Origin: an uncultured Verrucomicrobiae bacterium | GTDB taxonomy: Bacteria > Verrucomicrobiota > Verrucomicrobiia > Chthoniobacterales > UBA10450 | Length of the DNA: 64,000 bases | Direction: 5' to 3' | Assembly: GCA_963815455.1 (NCBI GenBank) | Contig: CAWFGO010000002.1 | Span: 160,001-224,000 of the forward strand | Shown: piece after piece, positions 10,349 through 20,433 of the stretch | Numbering within the stretch: position 1 is the first letter of the stretch | Layout: each line of letters begins with the position of its first letter | The notes under the pieces: generated by a model | Databases searched by the model: none | What the model was told of the DNA's origin: nothing | The model's input: the letters and a program-made list of their open reading frames with translations, nothing else | Position numbers and translations under genes: made by a program

Positions 10349-10379
10349 AAACAAAGAAGCCCCGCAATGCGGGGCTTCT
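10349..10379 (-). terminator. Probable intrinsic terminator
   Basis: agaagccccgca/tgcggggcttct hairpin followed by a T-rich run on the minus strand, just after the 10408 stop. Confidence 0.7.
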
Positions 10380-10407
10380 CGTGGGAAAACCTGGAGTTGC
10401 TCGACAG

Positions 10408-11034
10408 TTAAGCCTTAAGGCGACGGCGACCGTGTCTGCGGAAGCCTTCCACCGCAACAAGGCCCATGCTCAGAAAGGCCAGAGCCGAGCCACCTTCTGG
10501 GGTGACATTCAACGATCCGGCCGTTAACAACCGGTAGTCTAGCATGGCGTTCACGTATTCACCGCTCCCGTCAAAAGCTCCGATGCCCATGGCCGTGCCC
10601 ACTTCCAGCATATAACTGCCAAAGCTGCTGATGTGCCCCATGTAGGACAAGACAAGGTAGTGGTCATCGATCCCGAAGTTATCGAAGATCCAAATGTCAG
10701 GCGAAGGCCCAAGGAAAAATGGGGTCGTGCCTGCGCCCGGCGAGTAACTCCCGCCGGTAAACATCCCCGCGGTGGTCGTAATACTAAACGGGCCGAAGGT
10801 GTCGGCGACCGGATCGTAATAGAAGTAACCCGATGCAGTAGATCCATCATTGAAGGTGACCCCACTCAACGTGAAGCGGAACGGTACGGCATCGCTCGTG
10901 CGAGCCAAACCAAAAGTTGCTGCGATGGTTAGGGCTAGGATTAATGCCGCTCCAAAGCGACGAATGCTCGGCAACGCGCGAAACTTGGGTGTCCCTTTCG
11001 TGCTGCCATTGGGTTGTGTGAGGTGGGTTTTCAT
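10408..11034 (-). CDS. Secreted protein with PEP-CTERM/VPDSG-CTERM-like sorting tail
   Basis: Own RBS-like GGAGAA before ATG 11034, signal peptide, C-terminal TPEGGS + hydrophobic helix + RRHGRRR. Confidence 0.75.
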   Translation of the reverse strand: MKTHLTQPNGSTKGTPKFRALPSIRRFGAALILALTIAATFGLARTSDAVPFRFTLSGVTFNDGSTASGYFYYDPVADTFGPFSITTTAGMFTGGSYSPGAGTTPFFLGPSPDIWIFDNFGIDDHYLVLSYMGHISSFGSYMLEVGTAMGIGAFDGSGEYVNAMLDYRLLTAGSLNVTPEGGSALAFLSMGLVAVEGFRRHGRRRLKA

Positions 11035-11514
11035 TTTGTGTTCTCCGTTTGGTTTTCTGCCACTGGTTAAAGATTGTGAGGTATTCGCAAGGGCTTGCCT
11101 ATGGGCAGTCTTGCCCCTGTGTGCTGTCCCGGAGGGAGCCTGGGATATCTCGGCCACCGGCTGCGCATCGGGCCATTTTAGCCAACCGAGCGCTTCGAGC
11201 ACCCGCAACATGACCTGGGCGCGGGCACACAGGTGCAATCGGGCTAAAATCGACTCCACATGATGGGCCACGGTACGCGGGCTGACCCCGACGATGATCG
11301 ACAATTCCTCATTGGTCTTGCCGTGAGCAAGCCAAAAGGCAATTTCGGCCTGGCGACCGGTCAAACCGAGAGCTCTTAGCGCTGCCAAGTCGGCTGCCAG
11401 AGGACTGTCGCCATTGCAACCGTTCGACGCCATGGCTGGTTGGGCGACGGCAAGAACATGTCCGTTGTGGCGGCGGTGACCGTTGTGATTATTGGTGAAC
11501 TCTACCTTCATCAA
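11035..11514 (-). CDS. LuxR-type HTH regulator domain, in frame with the downstream CTERM protein (single ORF 10408-11514)
   Basis: LTGRQAEIAFWLAHGKTNEELSIIVGVSPRTVAHHVESILARL; no stop codon before 10408. Confidence 0.75.
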
Positions 11515-11523
11515 ATCCAGTTG

Positions 11524-11654
11524 CTATTGCTGCTCGAAGCTTGCCGTGTAAGTCAGTTGGTGTCGCAGGAGCGATGGCATTGAAAATCGTACCACCGTCG
11601 CTCCAATTCTGCCACAAATAGGTGCTGCCTCCGAGTGGCGGATTTTTTCTTCAT
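11524..11654 (-). pseudogene. Internally deleted remnant of a third MKKKSAT-leader paralog
   Basis: ATG AAG AAA AAA TCC GCC ACT joined out of frame to LGGSTYLWQNWSDGGTIFNAIAPATPT..TYTASFEQQ*. Confidence 0.85.
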
Positions 11655-11687
11655 CGTCGTTGTTCGTTACACGGAATGGAACCCAGC

Positions 11688-14600
11688 CTACGGAGCCTTG
11701 AATGTTGCGATGTATGCGGTTGGCGTGGTTGGACTAATCGTGTGCGAGATCGCTCCGCCATCGCTCCAGTTCTGGAACACCCAGGTGCCCCCGCTGGTCT
11801 GCGGCGATGTAGTGCTCAGGCCGTGAACCGAGCCCGCCGGCCAGGAAAACGTCTTGGCCGTGTTATAGGTCACGCCGTCAACCGAATAGGAAAGACCGAC
11901 TGGATTCGTCTTTACACTTACAGTCACTGGCCTTGGAGCCGGTGTGGCTGTGGGCGTAGGAGTCGGGGTGGGTGTGGGCAGCGCCCCGCTGGTGAGAGGG
12001 TAGACATAGGCGCCGCGGCCACGCGTCCAGACCGATAAGGTTGTCGATCCCCGGTCGATCTGCAGGTCCCAGATCATCACGTGAGGCAGTCCGTTCTCGA
12101 AACGATACCAAGTCGGCGAAGCCACCGTGATGTCGTTTGTAAAGTAAACTCCGAGGTCGGTGCCGGCGAAGACTTGCTGGCTGTAGTTCGGATTGACAAT
12201 CACCGAGTCGATCGGAATATCCGGCAGATTCCCGCTCTTATCGCTCCAGCTGAATGAGCCGCAGTTCGCGGTATTGCAAACCACGCGGAAAAGGTGGCCG
12301 GGGAGGGCAGGTGTGTTGGCACTGAAACCGCCGACTGCCGCGTAGCCTATCGGGAGATTCGCGGCCGCCACTCCGGGATCCAGGGCGATGCCGAGAACCG
12401 GACGATTGGGCACCACGGCGTTTCCGCCGGTAACGTTTACCCACTGGCCCTGGGCCTGCGTGCCAGTTCCGAGATTGAATCCAATCCAGACATTGGCGTC
12501 GTTGGTGCCAACCATGGCGACGCTCTGGTACTTGGGTGAATATTTGACCTGGTTGATGAAGGAGCGGTTCCCCAGCGATTGTTTGGTCATGTTCTGGGAG
12601 GTGGGGCTATTCGTAACGTACCACGTATTGGTGCCCGTGGCGCCGTTGATCGTCTCCCAGACACGAGTCGTTCCAGCGACGAGATGGCCGCATCCCGTCG
12701 TCGAGCCGGCTGCGCCGCAATCGTCTCCGCCTGGAATTCCGCCATGGAACAGATCAAAAGGAAGAATGAACGATTGGGTATCACCGCTCCAGCCGCCCGC
12801 ACGGCTGCTGTAGCTTCCGCCGCCGCCCAGACAGGTGGCCTGGCTCGACGCGCAACGGCTCAGCCCGCCACTGTTGTTGCCCACCCAGTAACGCGGAGCG
12901 GTTCCCGCCGGGGCAACACTTCCCACGGGATCGATGCGGGCGTAAAAGCCGTCGCCACCGACCACCGTCTGCCATTGGGCTGGACCTGTCGGAGTGCCGG
13001 AAAAACCGACCACGCTGGGAGCATTATCCTGGGCGCCGCCGGCCGCGGAGGGATTGGCTGAATTAGCAAAGTTGCCGCTGATGTCTCCGGAATAGTACTC
13101 GATGGTGTTTAGACCGTTGTCCATGTTGAGCCAGGTTGGTCGAACACTTGAGGTGGTTGTGTGGGCATTGACCGAGCTGAAAATGCCGCCGTCGCTCCCA
13201 GCCAGCAGGATACTGGATGAGCCCGGCAAGAAGGCCAGGGCATGCTGATCCACGTGGACGACGTGATTCGAGGCTGAAGTTCCGTTGTAACCGCAGGTCA
13301 GGTCGAAAAGCGATGTGCCGGTCCGGTTGGCATACCAGATTTCGAAGGTGTCAACGAAAACCCGGTCAGGATTGTTAGGATCGACAGCCAGCCCCTGGTC
13401 GTACCAGTTCTGCGGATAATCGCCCTGGCCACTGGTGCAATTTCTCAGCGCACCTCCAGCAGAGCCGGCCATAAAAGCCCATGTATCACCGCCGTTGGTG
13501 GAAGCCCACATGCCCAACTGGCAACCGTTGGTATTGCCGCATCCGGTGTTGTTGTTAGGAGCAATTGAGCCCACTTGAGCATAGATGTAATTGGGATTGC
13601 TCGGAGCGATGGCAATGTCCATGCGCCCGAGTTGATTGCCGGTGGTCGTGTTCACCCATGGGTTGCCGCTGCCCCCATTCATGTTCGCCCCGGTTGAGTA
13701 AGGGCTGCCGGTTACGCTTGTGCCGAAGACGAAACCGTTATTGTTGCGGCTGACCAGAGTGAAATCGTTCGGGCAACCGCTGGTGGGCATGGTCCCCCTG
13801 TAGAGGCCGTTGGCGCCGTTGGCGCCCAAATCATATTGCACAGTTGTGGCAAAACCGCGGACTCCGACAGCCGCCAATATTCGGGTAACTCCCCCTCCCG
13901 CGTTCGTAAGCTCAAGGCCTGTGATGTCCTGGCGCTGGGTACTCAAGCTGTTTGTTGTGCACGGACCGGTCCAGTTAAATCCGCCGTTGTAAGAAAAGAA
14001 GAGTCCCTTCTTTGTGCCGGCCACAACTCTGTTGCTGTTATTCGGGTCGATTCGCACCTTACCAACCGCGTCGTACTGCGTGAACTGCCCCGGCGGCTCT
14101 GAGTAAGCCGACCCAAATACGTCGGCCCCAAGCACCAACCAGGTGGCGCCACCGTCAGTGGATCTCAAAATCCCCTGGCTGCCCATGGAAAAGGACCCGT
14201 AGTTGAGGTCACCGGTGCCGGCAAAAATGGTGTTCGGATTATTTGGATCCATTGCCAGGGTATCGATAGCGGTTGTGGAAACCAGCGGATCGTCCGTGGT
14301 AACCGTCCAGGTGGTTGAAGTGCTGCAGCAGTTGGTTGTCTTCCACACCCCGCCTCCGACCGTGGCGATGTAAGCGACAATGCTTCCATTGGCGGTATTC
14401 CGCGGATCCACCGCGATCGCGTTTACCCGGCCCTGGGTTTTCGCGTAATCATAGCAGCCCCCGCAGCCTGTCATCCGTTGAGGCGACGGGCCCAGAGGCG
14501 TAAAGCTATTTGGATTTAGTGCCAGAGGCGAGGGTGAATCCCCAAGTTTTCCAAGTTTCGCTACTCTGCCAGCCGGAACCGCGCGGGCAATTCGTTCATC

Positions 14601-14972
14601 CTGTTTGACCGCCTGGCGCACCCATTCCGGATTGAATTCACCGGTGGGATATGTGACTCGATCATTCCAGTATTGCTCGAGACGATCGAGATCCCCGGCT
14701 TCCGTTCCCTCCCCATCGCCGAGCGGCATGTATTTGAGGGGTTGGCTGTTCGACCCCGCCACAACGACACGCGCGCCCGAAGGATGAGCGAACGTTGCTA
14801 GGACCCGACTGAGCAACCCGTTGGAATTCCGGGACAACTCCTGGTCGCTGATCAAGTGGGAAGTGCCTCCAAAGGCGAACAACGCCAGAATGACGCTCAC
14901 ACAGCAAAGGAATAAGCCGAGGAGCGAGCGGAGGGTAAAGAAGGCGGATTTAGTGGCGGATTTTTTCTTCAT
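11688..14972 (-). CDS. Large secreted BNR/Asp-box (VPS10/sialidase-like) beta-propeller protein with PT linker and C-terminal WSDGG domain
   Basis: MKKKSATKSAFFT leader, repeated S.DGG.TW boxes, HVDQHAL, GGAQDN, GGDGFY, PTPTPTPTP linker. Confidence 0.85.
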   Translation of the reverse strand: MKKKSATKSAFFTLRSLLGLFLCCVSVILALFAFGGTSHLISDQELSRNSNGLLSRVLATFAHPSGARVVVAGSNSQPLKYMPLGDGEGTEAGDLDRLEQYWNDRVTYPTGEFNPEWVRQAVKQDERIARAVPAGRVAKLGKLGDSPSPLALNPNSFTPLGPSPQRMTGCGGCYDYAKTQGRVNAIAVDPRNTANGSIVAYIATVGGGVWKTTNCCSTSTTWTVTTDDPLVSTTAIDTLAMDPNNPNTIFAGTGDLNYGSFSMGSQGILRSTDGGATWLVLGADVFGSAYSEPPGQFTQYDAVGKVRIDPNNSNRVVAGTKKGLFFSYNGGFNWTGPCTTNSLSTQRQDITGLELTNAGGGVTRILAAVGVRGFATTVQYDLGANGANGLYRGTMPTSGCPNDFTLVSRNNNGFVFGTSVTGSPYSTGANMNGGSGNPWVNTTTGNQLGRMDIAIAPSNPNYIYAQVGSIAPNNNTGCGNTNGCQLGMWASTNGGDTWAFMAGSAGGALRNCTSGQGDYPQNWYDQGLAVDPNNPDRVFVDTFEIWYANRTGTSLFDLTCGYNGTSASNHVVHVDQHALAFLPGSSSILLAGSDGGIFSSVNAHTTTSSVRPTWLNMDNGLNTIEYYSGDISGNFANSANPSAAGGAQDNAPSVVGFSGTPTGPAQWQTVVGGDGFYARIDPVGSVAPAGTAPRYWVGNNSGGLSRCASSQATCLGGGGSYSSRAGGWSGDTQSFILPFDLFHGGIPGGDDCGAAGSTTGCGHLVAGTTRVWETINGATGTNTWYVTNSPTSQNMTKQSLGNRSFINQVKYSPKYQSVAMVGTNDANVWIGFNLGTGTQAQGQWVNVTGGNAVVPNRPVLGIALDPGVAAANLPIGYAAVGGFSANTPALPGHLFRVVCNTANCGSFSWSDKSGNLPDIPIDSVIVNPNYSQQVFAGTDLGVYFTNDITVASPTWYRFENGLPHVMIWDLQIDRGSTTLSVWTRGRGAYVYPLTSGALPTPTPTPTPTATPAPRPVTVSVKTNPVGLSYSVDGVTYNTAKTFSWPAGSVHGLSTTSPQTSGGTWVFQNWSDGGAISHTISPTTPTAYIATFKAP

Positions 14973-15048
14973 GGGTTGGTTATGGGTTTAAGGCCGGGGG
15001 AACCTGCATTTTGATTTGAGTGTTTGGGGAAATGGCGACTGTGAACGC

Positions 15049-15076
15049 CAGCAGCGGGCCGCGGGGCCCGCTGCTG
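15049..15076. other. Perfect 12-bp GC hairpin between the two paralogs (possible terminator or stabiliser)
   Basis: cagcagcgggcc gcgg ggcccgctgctg; no clear U-tract. Confidence 0.5.
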
Positions 15077-15115
15077 AGGGCATCTGGGGTTACCCCGGCG
15101 TTCATCAGAGACTGG

Positions 15116-18100
15116 TTATTGGGCCTTGAATGTTGCGGTGTAGGCGGTGGGCGTCGTTGGAGTCACCGTGTGCGATATGGCCCCGGCGTCGCTCCAGTTC
15201 TGCCAGATGTAGTTGGTGCCTCCTAGGTTCTGCGGCGAGCTGGTGCTCAGGGTATGCCCGGAGCCGGAGGCCCATGAGAACGTCTTGGCGGTACCTGTAA
15301 GTAACGCCGTCCACCATATAGGAGAGCCCGGCCGGCACTGTTTTCACGCTAATCGTGACCGGTCGCGCGGGGGCTGGGACGCAGATATTTGGGAACAAGA
15401 TACCGGTAACCGCAATATCATCGAGATAGAACCCGGCGAAATTCGCCGCCGAGTCGGAAGTAAACCGCCAGCGGAACTGGATCGTGTCGCCAACCGTTAG
15501 TCCGGCGACCCGATGACACCGGTGGCCATAAGCCGTCAGGGCTCCGGTAACCCAGTTGGTGCAGCTTGTTCCGCTGCCGGTTGGACCGGTGAACATGGAT
15601 GTGCTCGCGGTATAGCCGCAGGCGTTACCCGGCACGCTGCAGCTTATTGTTGCCCAATCGGTCGTGATGTCGCTAGCCACACACCCATTTGCCGCCGAGT
15701 TGCTGGGCGCGGCCATACTGGTCCAGGCCCCGCCATTGCGAGAAAACTCGACCGCCACACCGTCCCACCCTTTCTCTAACTGGTGTCGTTCCCAGTAAGT
15801 CAGGTTAAGGGCAGTTACACCGACCTTGAGGACGGGAGTTTGAGCGATGGCACAAGCACTATCGGCGTAGGTGTTGCTGGCATTGGGGCCGGCGTTACGA
15901 TAGGCAGACATGCCTCCCGGGGTATGATTGGCGCCAGCATCGTTCGCAGTGTTAACGAATCGCCAGATGACGTTTCCGGGGTTGCCGGCATTAAGCTGGA
16001 GGGCCCCAGTTCCGTCCCCGCCCGCATCCATCCACGTGCTGGGCGTGGCCTGGTAGCCTGAGCCGTAGGCGGCTCCAGAAACAGCTATACTATTCAATTC
16101 TTCGTTACCGCCGTTGCACTCTCCACCATGGCCGCTGCCGCTATCCTCCGCGCGCACGATGTAATAATAGATCGTCCCGTTGGTCAGGTTAGCCGAGTCG
16201 ACATAGGAACTTGGCCCCGGAGCGCAGGTCGCGATTCGGTTGGCCGGCGAGGGCACAAAATTGGGGCTCGTGCTACGGAAGATGTTGTAGCGAATATTGG
16301 GCGTTAGCGGACAGCTCGACATCGCCGGCGTCCAATCGAGGGTAATGCTGCAAATCGAAGCGCCCCCGCTGGTCGCACTGGCGGCACCGCCAAAGACCGG
16401 CTTAAGATTGCAATCTCCGGTCGCAGTTGCGCTGGCCGACCCGCTACGGACCAAAGCCTGGCATTTACCATTCGAATCGGTAGCCGCCAGTACCCGGTAT
16501 GAATAGGTAAGTCCACCCTGAACGGTGGTGTCGACGTAACTGGTGGTGCCCCCGGGCACGCTGGCCAGCGGCTGATAGAGCCCTTCGCTTCCCACCGGCC
16601 CCAAGGCCCGTTCAATGGCATAACTGCCTGGTGTCGGCGAAATGCCCGTCCACGTAATCTGGATCTGATTGTTTGCTATGGCCGATGCGGTACCGATGGT
16701 CGGAGCACTGGTCGGTCGAGTAGTGCAGGTGGCCGCGGCGCACTGTCCGGCGCCGCTTCCGGCGGGAAAACGCGCGGACGCAACCCGTGTCATCCACGTC
16801 CCGGCGCCGGTGCCGGTCGTATAATGCTCGTTCGCATGCCAAAACGTACAGTCGTCGAAGGGGTCGATACTGGTACTAGTGTAATCGCCCCAACGACTGG
16901 CACCTGTTTCGTTGCGAGTGCCGGTAGCCACCGTTACTTCCGGCCCAGTCATCGTGCCAAGCGGATCAGTCTTGGCTCGGCCGGTGTAGCGGATGGTATG
17001 ATTTTCCGAGCCACTAGTCTTGCCGCTGACGCTATAACCCGTGAGGATGTTTTCAGCGCCATCCATGGCAATGGAGGGCATCCACCGGGAACGTCCGTTA
17101 GCCACGTCAGCAATGGTGCCCTGTTGGTACGTGCACGGATAAGAAGGACACACGGCATCCGGCGTGCCCGATATGCGGAAGTCGTACCAACGGACACCGG
17201 AGGCCACCCCCGTGACGCCGGGATCCACGGAGTGCGAAACCACCAGCGATTCATGATCGACAAAATTTCGATAGGCCAGGCGGACCATCAGACGATCGGC
17301 CAGAGAATCAAGCTGCGTACTGGTGCCCGGCTGTGGGATGCAAGTTCCACCGCCACATGCCGCCGTAGCTGGCGCGATTGGAATAATGGCCTGAAGGGTC
17401 CTCATGGTGTTCGCCGGCGTGGCAAAATCCACCTTCAGCCGGTAAAGATACATTCCAGTGCCGTGCAGCGACATGAACATTCCAGGCGCGCCGCCGGGGG
17501 GCGGGGTAAATCCATCCAAGTCGGCTGGGACGTGCCCGCCTTCGGTGGGATCGAGAATAATTTGCCAGGTGGCACTTGAATCCCCCACCAGCATTTTTGT
17601 GCGGTCCATGGCCGAAAAAACACCGGCGACATAGCTACCGGTGGTGGACGTAAAGGCATGCGCCATTACGTAGTAGGCGTCGGGCCACACCCCAAATTTC
17701 GGATAATCGCCAAAATAACCAGAGCCAGCAGGACCTATCGCCACGGCAAACGCAAAACGATAGTAGCTTCCGGCGGCATTGTTAGTCTGAGAGATGGCGA
17801 CGCACTGCCAGTACGTTCCACCGCTCCTGGCGGAGGTAAATTGCGAAATCAGCCAGCGATCGGCTAATTTATCGTAGAGCACGATGGGATCGCCGTCGTT
17901 TCTAGTGGAACAATTTCCTCCGACGAAACCACTCCAAAGCGTGCTGATGTTGCTTGGCCCAAGCACCGAAGTAGCCACATTCGTGGCGTGGTTGAGAGAC
18001 CAAACCTGATAGCGAGTGTTAACGGTCTCAACATACTGATTATTACCCACTGACCCATTTGTGTCCGGAGGGGTAGCCCCATTTCCTCCAACCCCGGCAA

Positions 18101-18722
18101 AGTTGAACCCGGTTGTCGGGGCGGCTGGAGCCGGGGCATTGAGTCGCAGCTTAATTGGCTGATCGTCCCCGGATGGGGCGACCTGCACTACCGGATCAGG
18201 TTCATCCGAACGCGGCACGCGCCAAGCAGGAAGCGGCATTACCTCCACTTCCTCCTCCTCCTCGACTCCTTGTGGCGCGGCCATTGATGCCAGTTGCCTG
18301 AGCGGCGGAGAAACGTCGAATGCTGAAGCCGAAATCGAATAGACGGTTTGGCCAAGTTCATTCAGATGCTCCGTAATCGTCTTCGCTACTGCGGGGTCTA
18401 CGACTTGGGCCGCGCCATCACCCTTGGCCCGCCGCCCCGGAGCGCCGGTTCCGTCGGATGACATTCTTGCGCTCCCGCGCCGATACTTGTTGTGAAGCTT
18501 CTGTTGGTAGGCTTGATCGGACCGGACAAAAACCGATGCGAGCCGGCCAATCCAGCTTTGAGAGCGTTCGGAATTGCCGAGTTGTTGTGCGTTGGCCTGG
18601 TCGAAGCGCGGCGAAGCACCGAGTGCAAAAAGCACAAGGAGAACGCTGGCACAGCAGAGGAGCAGACCAAGCAGAGAGCGGACGGTGAAAAATGCAGCTT
18701 TGGTGGCGGATTTTTTCTTCAT
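15116..18722 (-). CDS. Large secreted protein (PPD...DYP...RWGDY-type domain, FN3-like repeats, C-terminal WSDAG domain) with a +1 frameshift near 15295
   Basis: MKKKSATKAAFFT leader. The corrected frame ends TAKTFSWASGSGH...WSDAGAISH...ATFKAQ* at 15116, homologous to the paralog. Confidence 0.8.
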
Positions 18723-18796
18723 TGGTGGTATTTGTTAAGGAGTACGTTACTGGAACGTATGCCGGGTAGACTAGAGACCACGCGCCCGTCTGTCTG

Positions 18797-18813
18797 TCAG
18801 GTGAGCCACCTGA
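18797..18813. promoter_or_regulatory. 7-3-7 inverted repeat, candidate regulator binding site
   Basis: tcaggtg agc cacctga, ~75 nt upstream of the 18722 start. Confidence 0.3.
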
Positions 18814-18888
18814 TTTTCGCGTAGAGGAACCTCTGCGGCAGCAACGCTAGGAATTCACCACAACAAAATGATTTTGTAGGCAAAAACC

Positions 18889-19590
18889 CTACCTGCGCGA
18901 GGGCATGCTGGATTCGACCCAGCGTTGCGCGAATCGGGTAAGCTCTTTTGAATCATCGAGCTTCAACTTGATCTTGATGCGCGAGCGATAGGTTTCAATC
19001 GTCTTAACATCGACATGCAGCGCGCTCGCAATTTGCCGCGTGCTTCGCCCCTGGCCGATGAGTTGCAGCACTTCGAGCTCGCGGTCGCTCAATCCCCCCA
19101 ACGGCGAATCCGGCTTGATCGATGATCGCCCGAAAAACCGCCGGATGGTGGCGGCAGCAACTTTTTCGCTCAAATAAACATGCCCCTCGAGCACATCCCG
19201 AATCGCCCGAAGCAGTTCGTTGGTTGACTCTCGTTTATGGACAAACCCCCGGGCCCCAGCCCGAATCGCCCGGCCTGCGTAGAGAGACTCGTCGTGCATG
19301 GAAAAAACCAGGATCCGAAGCTTTGGAAAACGAGCGTGAAGATCCTTTATAAAGCCGAGGCCGTGGGAATGTCTCGATGACAAACCAGTGATGACAAGCT
19401 CGGGTTGCGCGGTTGCGATCAGATTCATGGCCAGGCGGGTGTCGTCGGTGGCGTCGCAAACCGCCAGGTCAGCTTCATTGGCAATGAGATGGGCCAATCG
19501 TTCGCGCACAACCGGCTGGTCATCAATGATCAGCACGCGGGCGCTGGCCCCTTTGGCAGTCTTTGCCTTGCTGTTCAAAATTAACGGCAT
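18889..19590 (-). CDS. NarL/FixJ-family response regulator (REC + LuxR HTH)
   Basis: VLIIDDQPVVR, FSMHDE, LSDRELEVLQLIGQG...VKTIETYR. The usual phospho-Asp position reads LVITG. Confidence 0.9.
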   Translation of the reverse strand: MPLILNSKAKTAKGASARVLIIDDQPVVRERLAHLIANEADLAVCDATDDTRLAMNLIATAQPELVITGLSSRHSHGLGFIKDLHARFPKLRILVFSMHDESLYAGRAIRAGARGFVHKRESTNELLRAIRDVLEGHVYLSEKVAAATIRRFFGRSSIKPDSPLGGLSDRELEVLQLIGQGRSTRQIASALHVDVKTIETYRSRIKIKLKLDDSKELTRFAQRWVESSMPSRR

Positions 19591-19770
19591 GTCTTAACCT
19601 GCGTCCTGGGCGGGAACCTGGAAAAGACACCGCGCTCCAGCTGCGCTTCGATTCCAAAAGGTAGTAAACCAAATCAGCGACAGGTTTGTCGAGAATTTTT
19701 ACGCAAAAAAAAGACTTCTTCGCCGCTGCCTGCAGGCAGGTTCCAATTGTCTCGAAACCACCTTCAGGGG

Positions 19771-20433
19771 TCACTCGTGTTGCTGGACCCAGCGGCTGGC
19801 CTCCAAGCGCAGCCGGGCCGAGTTTTCGAGACTCAACTTCTCCTTGATGCGCGCGGTGTAGGTATCGATGGTTGCAATTCCAAGCCCTAATTGGGCGCCG
19901 ATTTCGCGCGTGGTCAGGCCTCGACCAATCAAACGGAACACCTCGAGCTCGCGATCGGCCAACCGGTCAACTGGTTCCGCCGTCGTTTCGGTGCCGCTCA
20001 TTATCTTGCTCATCATTCGAGTCATGAACCGCGGGTTCAGGTAAATTTCGCCAGACAGGACCTGTCGAATCGCAGCCAGGACGTCCTCCGACGCTTCATG
20101 TTTGGTAATGTAGCCATTGGCACCGGCGCGCAGCGCCCGTTCTGCATAAAGCGATTCGTCATGCATCGACAGCACCAGCACCGGCACCGTGATTCCGTGC
20201 GCGCGTAGTTTCTTTAACAGCTCCAGCCCGCTCGAACCTTTCAACGTAATATCGACGATGGCGACGCGAGGCCGTGTTTGCCTGATCAATGCGAATCCAT
20301 CTTCGATATTGTCGGCTTCGCCGCATATCTTCATGTCGTCTGCTTTACCAATCAGATGTCCCAGTTGTTCGCGGAACATCCGGTGATCGTCGACAATGAC
20401 GACGCTGATTTCCTTAGGCCGCGGCGATTTCAT
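19771..20433 (-). CDS. NarL/FixJ-family response regulator
   Basis: VIVDDH, AIVDI, LSMHDE, LADRELEVF HTH. Confidence 0.92.
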   Translation of the reverse strand: MKSPRPKEISVVIVDDHRMFREQLGHLIGKADDMKICGEADNIEDGFALIRQTRPRVAIVDITLKGSSGLELLKKLRAHGITVPVLVLSMHDESLYAERALRAGANGYITKHEASEDVLAAIRQVLSGEIYLNPRFMTRMMSKIMSGTETTAEPVDRLADRELEVFRLIGRGLTTREIGAQLGLGIATIDTYTARIKEKLSLENSARLRLEASRWVQQHE

